Source: a virus. From it: a stretch of DNA of 64,000 bases. Below the pieces are notes generated by a model. That model was not told the DNA's origin. It ran no database searches and saw nothing but the letters and a program-made list of their open reading frames with translations. Where the stretch lies: positions 117-64,116 of IMG/VR virus record IMGVR_UViG_3300016476_000584; one strand, given 5' to 3'. This document shows positions 8,787-21,317 of this stretch, one piece after another. Within the stretch, counting starts at the first letter, position 1. Every line of letters starts with the position of its first letter. The position numbers and the translations under genes were made by a program.

Positions 8787-11188
8787 TTCTTATTCTCCAT
8801 AGTTCTGTAGCTTGGCATACGCTACCTGGGCGTCCATAGCTGTCTGCTAGTCCAGTCTGAGCCAGCAGCACGTCAACTAGGTGTTCATTCTCTTGAATGT
8901 ACTGGTCCCATAGTGCAGAGTATAGTTGACGAACCTCTGCATCATTTTGAGGGCGACGACCTTTAGCTTCTCTCCAGCCTAGCCCAGTAGATCCATCTTC
9001 AAACTGTTTGGCCGCCTGATACTGTTCTTCAATTGACCGCCCATTCACCTTGGCGTAGAACGCGCTAAAACGCTTATCACCTAAACTGGAACATTCTAAA
9101 AACGGAGGTTCACCATGCCATATCACTGAAGCCTCTCCCAGCAATATTCAATGATGCGTTGCGACCGTTGGTCAGGATGCTCCGGGCTCACATCAACTCC
9201 GTTGATGATGTCAGGTTTCCAATCCGCGTCCCACATCTTGAACTCGTTACGAATCATGCGACCTAGGCTGCCATGATACTTGACAAGGCTATCACGAGGG
9301 CTGTCAACGAACTGTACGACAAACGTCGGACCCATTGATTGTATTTTTTTGGCTAACCAGACCGCCATGCTGTGTTCATCGTCAGTCACTGGCCTTCTCC
9401 TTCAGATCGTCAAGCTGTTTCCATGCACGGCAGCAAAAACAATCTTCATCGTAGTCCTCACATCGAGGACCGAACCATTCCTCGATGGCTTCTTCAATCA
9501 AATCCGTCATTATAAATCTCCTAGCGCATCTTGAGCACGTTGTATGGCCCAAGCTACTCGTTCTTCATCCCGGTCGTCTAAAGCTTTTAACAGTTCCACT
9601 AGCACTTCTGTTATCGCTTCGCAATCCTTGCGATGCTTTGATTTTACTGATTCAAAAATCACATCTAGCGCAGCATCTAGATTGCGCGGATGTGGTAGCC
9701 CTTCTTCAGCTACCTGCTCTACCACCCGTGCGACTTCGTCGCGGGGATCATCGTGATCCCACTCCGTGGGTTGAATAGCAGCCAGCTTGTATCGCCGCTC
9801 GCACGAATGTTTCTGCCAACGACCTAGTGATGTGTGGTGTTTGCCCGTTTCATCCACACCGAACCATACCCATTCACTCATTCGCCTCTCCTACACAACG
9901 ACAGCTACAGGCTGTCCTACTTCTAGGTCTGAACTGTCCGCCTGCTCTTCATCTATGATTTCTAGGGATGCGCTTACCAGAGGATGAATCGTCCACTCAT
10001 CTTTAAAGTATACAGGCAGGTCACCGTGTTCTCGTTTAACACGCTCTAGTCGCTCAATCAATTGTGTAATTAGCATAGTTCCATTTCTCTTATCTCGATA
10101 ACCTATCTACAATCCATTCGCCTAAGATCATGCCTGCAAAGTAAAAGCAGGCTGACAGTACAATGCTAGTAAACACGTATCCTGTCACAGTCCAAAGAGC
10201 GACAGCTCCTAGTGTGACCATCGTCACATCATAAATTCCAATGTCAGACATCATCTTGTTGCTTCAATCTATCGGCGACGTATTTCAAACTTTCAGGAAA
10301 ACTGAAATTAGCGTATCCGCCTACGCTCTCTACATATTCGTCATGGAGCGCACGCTCACGAGCATATCGAGGATACACACGAGTATACCACTCTTCTATT
10401 GTTTCTTTTTCTTCTTCATCCATGTTTACTCTGCTCCCTCAAATCGGTGCCTGCTCTACGAGACCTACGATACATCGAACGCAGTGGGTATCCTAACGCT
10501 TCCGCAGCTACCATGTATGCGTAAGCTTTACCTACAAACTCGGCGGTGCCCATCTTACGTTTTGCTACTCGCTTGAGCACACGATTGATGTGAGCGAATG
10601 CCACTTCATTAACCTCGTCTACAAACTCTTTATCTTGATCGTTCACGTTCCCGTCTCCATTGACACCAATCATCCCATAACACAAACAGCATGTACACAC
10701 AAGCTGCACTTAGCGCTGATTGCCACCACACTGCGGCGGTTACAGCTGCAATTGCCGAGGCTACAATCCAATCAGCTACAAATACAGCTACTGCCCAATC
10801 ATACCATCTAATCATCTAACCAACACTGTCCTATGCTCTCACAAAGGTCTCTCCGATCGCAGTCGCATTCAGCCATAGTTTGGTAGATGCTCTGTCTCCA
10901 ATTCTTAGGGGCCTGTTTGACTACGTCAAATCCTTCCATCCGCAGTATGGAGAGTATGCCTTGAGCGAGATCAGGTACATCACCTGTCTCGCAAGTCTTT
11001 AAGGCTAGTCGGAGGGCTTCTAATGCTGGCTCACTCATCGAATACAGTCTCCATTCATATACTGCATACCGCTCTCGATGCACTGTTGTTTAAATGTAAG
11101 CAAGCGATTTTCATCTTGAGTAATCATATATCCAATACCCCCTAGAAAAAAGGCAGCTAAAGAGCATACGATTAATACCGGTACGTGT

Positions 11189-11536
11189 TCACTCATGTTT
11201 TGGTTTCCATAGTTTTGCGAATCGTAATACGTTCGGCAGTTCTTCTGTTGGCGTAGGACATACTACCACGCAGCTAGTGCGCCCGTCAAGTGTATTTTTC
11301 TCGTGAGCTAGGTATACTCCTGGCAGCGCAGCAATCCGATCAAATTCACGCTGGTTGACACGAACTACGCATTTCTTGAAAGACGTGTCCAACCATTCTC
11401 TATAACGTAGAAACCATTTCGGCGGGAAATCGTCTGGCCTATTGAAATGCAGGTGAGCTCCTAGCACAGCATGTGCTACAAGAGTTGGCGTCATATAGTC
11501 TGGAAACTCATCGAGCACTGCGATGTATAGTTTCAT
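11189..11536 (-). CDS. peptidyl-tRNA hydrolase PTH2-like protein
   Basis: N-terminal KLYIAVLDEF...TLVAHAVLGAH resembles the PTH2 consensus (KMV.VVR.DL.MGKGKIAAQCSHAA). Confidence 0.35.
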   Translation of the reverse strand: MKLYIAVLDEFPDYMTPTLVAHAVLGAHLHFNRPDDFPPKWFLRYREWLDTSFKKCVVRVNQREFDRIAALPGVYLAHEKNTLDGRTSCVVVCPTPTEELPNVLRFAKLWKPKHE

Positions 11537-12803
11537 TTCTCAACCCTCTCTACAATCTTACGTCCATGAGTTAGCGTAATACGATGGGTGTCTGTATCTT
11601 CTGTCCAAGTTTTAGCCCAAGGCCCACGAACAGTAAAACACCAAGATGTACGATCTGCTAGCACTCTATGGTTTCTGCTGCGGCGTGTGACCTTGGGAAG
11701 TAGTGAACGCTTGTAAAACTTGTACTTAATCCAGCCATCATCGTCTAGATATTCTTCTAGAAGCTCTCCGCTAATAAACCAAGTCCAAGCGTTGAAAGCA
11801 TGAGTGTGAGACGCTTCACGGCTTCCAGGATTAAAACGTAGAAAGGCTACGCTGCATACACTCTTAATTTCAAATAGGAAGAAGGCATCTACTGGAGATT
11901 CTGGACCTCCATCTTTTGCCCATGTAAAAAATTTCATTTCTTCATCCTCGTTACCATGCCGACACGTTCAAATATACGAGTGTCGATACGTTCTAGTTCT
12001 TCATCTGGAGCCATAATCATTATGCGATGGCCATCAGCGTGAAGAACTCGCATCCAGTTAATTCCTCGATGAGTGAAAATCTTGTATCCTCGGCTGAGCC
12101 AGTAGTAAATCTCCGGGCTCATCATAGGAGTGAAAGAGATTTCTGTATCTTTAAAGTGTAGTTTCATTTACGGTTTCTTTCCTGGAAACGCGTCTAGCCA
12201 ATCTTCAATCCGGTCTAGACGTTTACGGTAATGCATAACTTGACCCATGAGCTGCTCTCGTGTCATATCTCTCATATCTTTGGCCTGACAACCTTCTAGA
12301 GGAGTATCGCTGCGAGGACTTGCTGACCTACCGAACCACTCCTTAGCTCCGCAAGTATCACACTTGTACCAGTACTCGCCATTATGGTCTGATACAAAGT
12401 CAAATGTTACGTGGCACGGCATCGCATATACTCTTGCATTTTAAGTGTTAGTTCACGAATACGTGGTTTAACTGTAGCGTCATTTCTAAAAATCATGCGC
12501 TCCATCAACTGCTTACGCTCACGACGCATATCACCATACTCAGAGCCGATATACTTGCCGTTTAGGGTGTCGTAGTCTTTATCATCCATCATAACAGCTC
12601 CAAAAACCTTTGCTTGTCTAGCTGACGTTCACGTTCTTCTGCTGCTAAGTACCGAGACCACATTCCACGACCGTGCGCATCCTCTACATGGCTTTTTAAT
12701 CCGCCTACATGCTTTCCGCAAATGCGGCACTCCGTGCCGACCTTGCCTCGACGGATCTTAGGACTGCTCTCTTTATCTTCTTTCCAAGCCTGATAAAAAT
12801 TAA

Positions 12804-13178
12804 TCATCGCTTTCCTATCTTGTAAATGTCTGCAGTTTTACGACCATCTAGTTTTTCTATGGCTGTGTGCATGTAGTCTTGGTGCGCATCAGCAAACTTG
12901 TATTTACTGTCTGGAGTAGTGAACTCTACGCGGAACGAGTAGTCTACCTGAACAAGCCTACCATCACCATCACAGCGAGTACACAGTTCTTTCCAATAAT
13001 CATAGTCTGAGTTGTGGTAAGATGTGCACTCGGACCGCTCAACAACCCCAGTACCTTTACATGTCATGCAAGGAACTATCTTAGAGTACTTTTTCCAATC
13101 GGGGTCAATCTTCATTCTATTAGTACTCCTTGTGTTCCCCAGGAGTTTAGATTGTTTACTGAGTGGATTCGTCGCCAA
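12804..13178 (-). CDS. zinc-ribbon protein
   Basis: CMTCKGTG...CTRCDGDG CxxC pairs. Confidence 0.35.
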   Translation of the reverse strand: MATNPLSKQSKLLGNTRSTNRMKIDPDWKKYSKIVPCMTCKGTGVVERSECTSYHNSDYDYWKELCTRCDGDGRLVQVDYSFRVEFTTPDSKYKFADAHQDYMHTAIEKLDGRKTADIYKIGKR

Positions 13179-14962
13179 TCATCAGCATAATCTCCACCAT
13201 CACGAAATACAACTGCATCTTGAGGCATCTTTTTAAGTAGTTCAATTAATTGTGCTACTGTCATTCTGCAACCTCACCTACATACTCACAGCCTAACACT
13301 TTGGCTAGGTCACGAGCATACTGTTCTGCCGCTTCCCATTCATCATCATCAAAACCGCGAGACCAACAGTTGCTAGTACCACGATCATCTTCGATGCGAA
13401 TTACTACGTCTACAATCTCAAAGTCAAAGTCTGGAACGGTTGCTACTGATACTTTCATAATTGTTTCACCATCGCTTGTGCCCATTTTTCTCGCCCGCCA
13501 TCCCAGGCGAATGTTACTCCACCATGAGGTTGCCAGCCATTTTTAATATAGTCATTAACTAGAACGCCGAGTTCTGCTGAAGAATATGCTACTGCTATAC
13601 GATATGTCATCGTAGATACCACTCCCCTTCATATTGCACACAGTGGTGCCTGAAGTTGCTCCAACGTTCGCAAGGTAGAATGACTGTTTTACCAGTTTCG
13701 CAGTCAATGCCGTGGGACACTGACACAGTACCTTTCTCCTCAACGACATTCCAGTTGTGGTCGTACTCAGTTCGCTCAGCTGTGTGTAGAATCACTAGAA
13801 TCATTTTCTTTACGCTCTTCTGCTTCTTTTAAAATATATCGGGAGGCTTCACCGTTTGGGTCTTCAATGTCACACGACACCATAGCTGCACACACATACC
13901 AATCAGGTGTTTGACCGTACCAGTGCATACCTTCGCCATATGCTTCGTCTAATCTAGCTAGCAGATTTGAAATACAAGCTGCAACAACTTCGTCTGTATA
14001 ATTTTTCATAGTTCATATTACCTTATCATATAGGTATCAAGCAACAGTTATTTAGCAGTTAACCTGGGCAGCAGTACTGCCCAGGCCAAATTTAATAGGT
14101 CACTTTCATAAATGTGGGACAATGGTTATCGCTACACACATAACCCATAACACCTTCTAGGCTTATACCACAGCGAGAGCAGGTACGTTTTGGCTGAACA
14201 AACACAGGCGCTTTAGTTGGGCTAGGAAATAGTTGCTCAAACACATTAATTTGTTGAGCGTCACGAATGCCTTGGTTATACGCAGCACGCAGCCAATCTT
14301 TTACCCGCTGTGGGTCGTCAAATTCAAGGTCTTCCCAGAAACGTTCAGCGCGAGTTGAATATCCTTCCAGCTCGTTGAACCACCGTTCAAAATTATCGGT
14401 CGTCATGAGGGTTGATGCTCCTTGTAACCTTATAACTGTCTAGGCCAATTTTAATTCGTTGTTCTGGCCCGATAGTATGAATCTTATCGTTTCTGCTTAG
14501 CTTGCCTTGTTCAAAATCCCCAACTGGGTCTTCTGTAATTCGTAGTGAGCCGTCGGGAGATACAATTAGATATTTCACTGGTCAAACTCCACTGATGGGC
14601 AGATTTTACTCTTGTAGGCTGCATACTGTTTACCAATTAGAGTTTTAGGCTCTGGATTCTTTTCTTTATACTCTTGTAGATACTCATGGCCTACAGCAAA
14701 GCCTATGATTGTTGCAAAGAAACCGACAATTGCTAGGACAGTATATCCGGCGGCGGCAGGGTTTGCTACAACAGCAGCCGACAACACAACACCGAAGGCA
14801 ATTAGACCGGCACTTACTAGCGCAAGGCCAAAGATACGAAACATGGTTGCTCGCCAGTAAGCACAGAAGTTAGCGTGCTTGAGTTCCCAAGGCTCCATAT
14901 GATGTTCATGTTGATTCCAGAACATGCGGTTCATCTTGTAGTGCCAAGAGTTGCGATTAATC

Positions 14963-15451
14963 TTAAATGTCTGCACCGTAAAACTCCTCATCTAGGACTG
15001 AGCGTAGCTGTGATACCATCGCCTCATAGCTTTCTACCATATCCATTCCGTATTTGCGACATACCATTTTCACATTACCGTATCGGTAGAATGATGGCGG
15101 ACAACAAACTAGAACATTATCTCCTGAAAACAATCCCATCTCTAGCAGCGTGACCGGAGATTTAGAATCAGCTGCAAAATAGTAGACAATTAGGTCAGCC
15201 GCATCTTGCATTTGCAGTTCCCAATCTACCTGCTCATAAAACTGAGTACCAGGAGTTGGGTCTTGTGTCCAAGAGGAGTCCCAATCGTCACGACGAGGAT
15301 TGAGCAACACTAGGTCGTCATAATCAGCTAGGTCTTTAGCTAGTCGCTCTTGCCAGTGTTCAGCAGCTCCCATATCAATAGAACCTCCTAGGAATAGTGC
15401 TAGTCGCGTATCTAGCTCAAAAGGTTCTGGAGCTTTAATCATTGTTGCCAT
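14963..15451 (-). CDS. nucleoside 2-deoxyribosyltransferase / Rcl-like protein
   Basis: ALFLGGSIDMG...LNP pattern and length typical of PF05014-like proteins. Confidence 0.4.
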   Translation of the reverse strand: MATMIKAPEPFELDTRLALFLGGSIDMGAAEHWQERLAKDLADYDDLVLLNPRRDDWDSSWTQDPTPGTQFYEQVDWELQMQDAADLIVYYFAADSKSPVTLLEMGLFSGDNVLVCCPPSFYRYGNVKMVCRKYGMDMVESYEAMVSQLRSVLDEEFYGADI

Positions 15452-16842
15452 TAATCTTTTCCTTTAATTACTGTTAATCGTGGTTTACGCCGGGCGGGTG
15501 GGGGTTTCACAGAGCCGTCTTTACCTAGATACATCACTCCGCTTTCTACCCAATTAACTCTTGCCAACTCAACTCCGTTGTGTCGATCTGAACCATAGAG
15601 AGAGTCTCGCTTGACAGTATCCTTCATTCGACGTTTGCCGCAGCAGGAGCACTGTTGATACCAAACCATATGATGGCGAGGCTCCCAATGCGGCTTGTCG
15701 CTATACAAGGTTGCAAAGCAGTTAGTAGCGTTTACTGTATGCCAACGATGGAAGCCAATAAGGCATAACACTTTACGAAACATCTTTGTACCTATCCAGA
15801 AAGTTTCTCATGTATGAACGAATATTCTCAGCGCCTACAGGGTTCATGCTATGAACATAAAAATCAAACCGAGGCCCAAGGTCAACGTCATTATCAATAA
15901 CCCAATCACAAAACCACTTAGCAAAAGTATAGCCGGTCTTTTCTCCGTCACCAATAATATAGTGTACATCTGCCAGATCATGATCAAAGCTAATAAAGCG
16001 GGGAGCGCCATGATGTTTTACTGTCCAAACTGCATCATCAAAACTACGACAGACAATTACGTTAGAGTAGTGTCCATATGGATACTTAACATCTTCGGGA
16101 AATCGAATATCGTCTAAAAATAGAGTGTAGGTCATATGAGCGCTGCTACTATCATTAATCCAAAGAGTACTGCGGATAGTCCTCTCCAGAGATTTACATT
16201 AATTCTTAGCCCGCTATTCTCACTGTGGAGCTTCTGGCTGCGTTTGGATTCGTCGAGATATTTGTCCATATACTCAGAGGCCAGACGCCTGTGTATCGCA
16301 GCTTGATTGTCATAACCCTGAGCCATACGAAGATACTTTTCAGCCACTTCACGCCAGTAAAGTTCTTTACTTTGCTGTGCTACCGTAGGTTTTACATCTA
16401 CTGCCTCGCCTGTATGTCGTTTACGAGCCAAGCGCAAACATGAGATTGCTTCCTCTTCACTTTGAGTGGAGAGAGCTTTCTCAAGAAGCTGATTCACTTT
16501 CGTCATGTTGCATTTCCCACTCTGGGCGGGCATCTACCCACCAACATTTGATTGAGCCGTCTACTTGCCCGCCATAGTATTCAGGTACAAAACCTTTTAG
16601 TTCATATTGTAATACTAACACATATTTAGGCCGAAACCAACCTAATTTTTGCACACGGTGCCGCCTACGACCAGTAAATTTAGGTGCTAGTGGGTCCATG
16701 AGCCTTCTCCAATTGCTTAGCTAGATGTTCTCTTACTGCGGCGTGAGCAAACTGATATAGGTCGTTTGCAATCATTACTGAAAACATACCTTCAGCAGGG
16801 AAGGGCCTACCTAGCTGTCGTTCATAAATTCGTGCTACTTCA

Positions 16843-17319
16843 TCAATGGTCATAGAGGATTCCCCAATCTTTGAGTTGACGGATAGAGTCTGCTGCGCTA
16901 GTGTGGTGGATGAATGTACCTTTAGCTTCAATCCACAGGTCACGATACTTTAGATAGTCGTCAATGAGAAAGTCACCAGGCTTGCAGTAGTCTCGCTTGT
17001 TCTTGCTCATGCAAGTGACCATAGGAATGCCTGGAAAATGCTTATCTCGCCAACGCATCTTCTGAAGCTCTGCCCAGCCGCCAAACGGACAGCCGGTAAG
17101 AATGATTGGACGAAGATGCTCGACTGCCCCAAACAGCTCACGAGCGTCAGGCATTAGCGGAAGGTTCTGATAAAAATCACCTGAAGTACGAATCACATGC
17201 CAGAAGTTCTTACTGCCGTGTTTTTCTTCGTATTCCCTAGAATCCATTCCAAATCGTTGACGAAACCCGTCGTCAAAATCAGCAAGAACTCCGTCACAGT
17301 CTAAATAAATTCGTGTCAT
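16843..17319 (-). CDS. 5'(3')-deoxyribonucleotidase (HAD family)
   Basis: N-terminal IYLDCDGVLADF DxDGV motif; ~158 aa, the size of NT5C-like enzymes. Confidence 0.55.
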   Translation of the reverse strand: MTRIYLDCDGVLADFDDGFRQRFGMDSREYEEKHGSKNFWHVIRTSGDFYQNLPLMPDARELFGAVEHLRPIILTGCPFGGWAELQKMRWRDKHFPGIPMVTCMSKNKRDYCKPGDFLIDDYLKYRDLWIEAKGTFIHHTSAADSIRQLKDWGILYDH

Positions 17320-17744
17320 AGTTTATCCGTGTAAAAAATATGTTTACCATATTGACCGAGACGGGTCATATGCTTTGCCCAACTGGGACGTACTGAGGCT
17401 TCGTGATAGTGATTAGCTCCGCTGCCAAGAAGTGAAGCAGGGTCAGTTAGTGCTTCGTTGGCCAGGATTACGGACTGAGCATAAGCATCTAGGTCTTTAG
17501 GCCTGTCGCTCTTACCGTCATTGGTCCAGCTAAATTGATCTTCTTCCCAAACCACTTCGCAGATGGTTTTATGTTCTTCTTGAGCGCGGTTGATAGTTAC
17601 CTCGGCTACTAGCATCTGAGCATCAAGACTCTCTCCGCGAGCCTCGTGGTAGATGTTAAGTGCGAGGCAAGTTACGATTGCCATATCTAACATTGATGTT
17701 TCCTTTATCTGTATGTTAGATAATACCACGCCGTGACTGGTCAA
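17316..17744 (-). CDS. SleB-like cell wall hydrolase
   Basis: NIYHEARGE motif of the Hydrolase_2/SleB family. Confidence 0.55.
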   Translation of the reverse strand: MTSHGVVLSNIQIKETSMLDMAIVTCLALNIYHEARGESLDAQMLVAEVTINRAQEEHKTICEVVWEEDQFSWTNDGKSDRPKDLDAYAQSVILANEALTDPASLLGSGANHYHEASVRPSWAKHMTRLGQYGKHIFYTDKL

Positions 17745-18257
17745 GCAAGTGAATATTTATACTATGAGCCATAGTAGCCCGTAAAAAACCCACACATTAA
17801 CTGTAGCACCTGCGGCGGCATATGACCATAGTTGTCCTAGAAAAGGGTCTTTACGGTCTTGGTATACTGCAAACGCCCACATCACTATCGTGATTACGGT
17901 AGGAATTAGCCACACACCTAAAGTAACTGTCATCGTTCACCTATATCTTCTGCCTCTGCCCAACTGATATAATCTGTTACCCAATCGAACAACTCTTCTA
18001 GCGGTATGCCTTGACGAGTTGCAAACTGCACTAATCTTTTGAAATGCTCTGGGTAGAGCTTGATTATATCAACTATATCTGGCTTAGCAATGCTACCAAT
18101 CTGCATAGCTCTATATACAGTTCCAGGATTTTGCAGCGTTCGTTTATACCCCTCTACTGTTAGAGGCTCGCAGCTAAAATCTTCTGTACCATTCATAACC
18201 ATATCCCAATCCATTCGTGTTCTCCATATGAGAATTGCCAGCACAAGGCTGGCAATC

Positions 18258-18896
18258 TTACTCAACGATTTCTTCGTATATCTCTCGCCAACTGAACACA
18301 CGTGAATCGGTGTTGAAGGTTCGATTGTAGTGTTGGTCTACCAAGATACTGTTCAGACCTAAATTATTTCCTAGATGGAAGTTGCTTAGATGGTCTTCAA
18401 TCCATACACAACCACTCTCAGCATACTGGTTTAGTACTGACAATTTAGAAACTGAAGGGTCTAGGCAAGTGATGCGATAAAACGGACTAGCTCCAAACAC
18501 GCTGTGTAAATTCTTTACACGCCCTTCTACGATTTCCGGCTCGTCTCCGATGCTAGTAATAACATGGAATACATATCCGTGATCTTCATGTAATTTGCGG
18601 ACATATTTGATAGCATCACGATATGGAGGCAGATTAGTCACAAATACAGTTTCGTTGAACATCTTAACGAGTTCTTCGGCTTTTGTACGACTAATATCGT
18701 AACACTGATCAATATCGTAAGCGCCTTCAGAATGCTTTACATAACCATGCTTTGACATCCATCGGTCAAACGACCACTCCCAATGAAGAAGAACCCCGTC
18801 GCAGTCAGTTAGAATTAGTTTTTCACTAATCATTTTACCACCCGTACCCGCCGCGCTCTGCACGAGAAATCTCGTCTTCTGTAAACTGTCCGCCAC
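18258..18896 (-). CDS. HAD-superfamily hydrolase
   Basis: LILTDCDGVLL DxDGV motif. Confidence 0.45.
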   Translation of the reverse strand: MADSLQKTRFLVQSAAGTGGKMISEKLILTDCDGVLLHWEWSFDRWMSKHGYVKHSEGAYDIDQCYDISRTKAEELVKMFNETVFVTNLPPYRDAIKYVRKLHEDHGYVFHVITSIGDEPEIVEGRVKNLHSVFGASPFYRITCLDPSVSKLSVLNQYAESGCVWIEDHLSNFHLGNNLGLNSILVDQHYNRTFNTDSRVFSWREIYEEIVE

Positions 18897-19064
18897 TACG
18901 GTCGGGATTAATCTTCCAACCTAGCTCAATGTTTTTACGTCTGAGACTGTCTATTTCTCCTACTGCTCTAGATAGAAGAATGTATAGTTCATCGCCAGAC
19001 ATTGTATTGCGAATACCATCTTCTATCTCTACTAGAGTATCCGCGAGATCTTGTAGAATATCAG

Positions 19065-19769
19065 TCATTTTATATTGAATATCTCTCTCAATTGATGGTA
19101 CGTATCTTGCCAGCCTGTGGTGTGAAACACCCTATCTTTTGATTTTAGAAGCAGTTCTTGTGCTAGAGAATGGTCATTACCGCCTGCGCGACATTCGTCG
19201 CCCCAAAACCACACATCGTCATCAGCATCAACTAGAATGACATGTTTACCACGTCCACGCTCAGTAACGTCAATACCCGTTTTTCCACCTAGAGTGGCGT
19301 GCACTCGTGGATACTTACGGTTTATCTCATCTGCTATACGACGACGAACACCAGTCTTTTCGTCCCAAGCAGTAAACTGTTCGCGTTGAGCCTGAGTAGC
19401 GTTCCGTCCTGGGATAGAAAGATTCACCATACCAGTTCTAATTTCTACGTGTCGGCCAGTTTTTGTTTCGTATCCGCTCTCGTCTAGGGCTGAAAACAGG
19501 TCAATGATTAGTTGAACTGGCGGGTTCCAATCGGCTGACGAAACTCGGTTAGGGCCAAACCACTTTTCAGCGCCTGCACAGCAATACACACGCTCTGCTG
19601 CATTGAATAGCTCTCCAACCTGCTCACGGCATTTCGGTTCGTCGCTTCCAGTGACCAGCCAAACGGTTTCTCTAGAACACAGATGCAACATCAGATCTAA
19701 CATCAGAGGGTCTATAGGACGTCTAGCGTCTGTTAGAGTTCCATCTACATCAAAGGCCAGGATTGGCAT
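19065..19769 (-). CDS. phosphomannomutase-like HAD-IIB phosphatase
   Basis: AFDVDGTLTDARRPIDP...VTGSD..K..EQVG matches the eukaryotic-type PMM N-terminal pattern. Confidence 0.5.
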   Translation of the reverse strand: MPILAFDVDGTLTDARRPIDPLMLDLMLHLCSRETVWLVTGSDEPKCREQVGELFNAAERVYCCAGAEKWFGPNRVSSADWNPPVQLIIDLFSALDESGYETKTGRHVEIRTGMVNLSIPGRNATQAQREQFTAWDEKTGVRRRIADEINRKYPRVHATLGGKTGIDVTERGRGKHVILVDADDDVWFWGDECRAGGNDHSLAQELLLKSKDRVFHTTGWQDTYHQLREIFNIK

Positions 19770-19931
19770 GTTTATTCCTAGTCTTGATTAGAAGGTCTAA
19801 GTAATCATAGAGGTCTGACTGCGTAGCGAAAACCATCCGTCTATTCTGATAATCACTGTGGTCATCTTGATATGAGAACTGCAACATAAAACCATTGTCA
19901 CAAAACGAGATGGTGGCTTCTTCTAGATTCT

Positions 19932-20234
19932 TCATTGTAGCGATCCTATTGCTCCGACGCAAGCTATGAAAGTGCTTACGCCTACTTGTTCTGGTGGTAG
20001 TGCATCTGACTCGGTATACATATACTCTACAGTAGATGCAAGCATAGCAGACCAAGGTTCTACATAAGGAAGGTCTGCTACCCAATCAATTGCGTTATCA
20101 TACTCTAGGCCAAATTCTTTGGCTACAGCAATGATTTCGGCGTGCTGTGCTAATACCTTGCAACCTTCTTCTGTTGTAAGTGCATAGCCAGATGTTGGTA
20201 GTACTAGTAAGAAGGCTGCAAGGTATTTAAGCAT
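19932..20234 (-). CDS. secreted protein
   Basis: N-terminal signal peptide MLKYLAAFLLVLPTSGYA. Confidence 0.4.
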   Translation of the reverse strand: MLKYLAAFLLVLPTSGYALTTEEGCKVLAQHAEIIAVAKEFGLEYDNAIDWVADLPYVEPWSAMLASTVEYMYTESDALPPEQVGVSTFIACVGAIGSLQ

Positions 20235-20510
20235 TTTAGTGTACCAGTACTGGTTTGTTTACTAGCTCTCGGCAGGATGCAACGAGAGCGGAGAAGGCAT
20301 CACGAACACTCATAGTGCCTTTCTGCATATTCACTTCACGGCCATCGTCTAGACGGGCTAGAAGCACTACCTCGAAGATTTTGTCAATCATATCCACTTG
20401 GATACGGTTACGCTTGAGGAAGCGTTCATCTTCTTGTTTCAGCACTTCTACCTCGATAGTGTCTTGTAGGCCATGAGGTTCACGATACAGATTTACGTTA
20501 AACAAGTCTT

Positions 20511-21317
20511 TTATTCCTTAAATTTGATGTTTTGTTCGAGTTCACGAGTTTCAGGTTCATAAAGTGATCTAAAGTAATTATTACTTTCTATCACAGTTTT
20601 AAGTATAGACAAACTAGGAGCTTCATGCAAGAGGGCTTTTGAATCTTTTGGGAAGCAAGCTCCGCCAAATCCTCTTTTACCGTCCAGTCCAGGTACTAGC
20701 CAATGGCTTGTTCCAAGCCTGGTATCATTTTGAAGAGCATTTACAACGTGATGCCAGCTCTGCTTATCATCAAAGTAGTCATACAGCTCATTCAAATATG
20801 CAACTTTCATTGCAAGCATTGTGTTGGTAATATACTTAATCCAACAGGCTTCTTCACCGCTAACATGCTGATAACGATGGGCAAAGCATATAGAGTGCTT
20901 ACGGTAGTATTCCTCTATTAGGTCGGTAGCATACTCTGTTCCGCCTAAAATAACAGTGCTGGCCCCAATCATGTCTGGCACGGCATTACGCTCTGTCAAG
21001 AACTCAGGGTTGAATACTACTCGTTCACTCTTAGCAAACTGTGCTGCAAAGCTAGGAGGTACAGTACTTTTTACTACCACTAGTCCATATGTATTTTGAA
21101 GTAGGTATTGAATTGCGTCTAAGGTTATCTTTGTGTTTGCACGACCATCTTCAGATGAGGGGGTTGGGGTGCACACAAAACTAACATTAGGCTCAAACTC
21201 TACTACAGCAGATATGTCTACTCCTAGCTTTGGGTCTACTAGTAAAAGATTATTAGTTTGGAAGGCAGCCGCAACTGCTTTACCAACAAATCCAACACCT
21301 ACAATAGCTATTTTCAT
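20511..21317 (-). CDS. UDP-glucose / GDP-mannose 6-dehydrogenase family protein
   Basis: Rossmann motif IAIVGVGFVGKAVA and catalytic motif GFGGACFPKD. Confidence 0.6.
   Translation of the reverse strand: MKIAIVGVGFVGKAVAAAFQTNNLLLVDPKLGVDISAVVEFEPNVSFVCTPTPSSEDGRANTKITLDAIQYLLQNTYGLVVVKSTVPPSFAAQFAKSERVVFNPEFLTERNAVPDMIGASTVILGGTEYATDLIEEYYRKHSICFAHRYQHVSGEEACWIKYITNTMLAMKVAYLNELYDYFDDKQSWHHVVNALQNDTRLGTSHWLVPGLDGKRGFGGACFPKDSKALLHEAPSLSILKTVIESNNYFRSLYEPETRELEQNIKFKE

Noticed and set aside
10241-10815. Several overlapping plus- and minus-strand ORFs of 60-110 aa
   Set aside because: They mutually overlap in a region where only the minus-strand frames continue the co-directional block. The plus-strand ones lack ribosome-binding sites.
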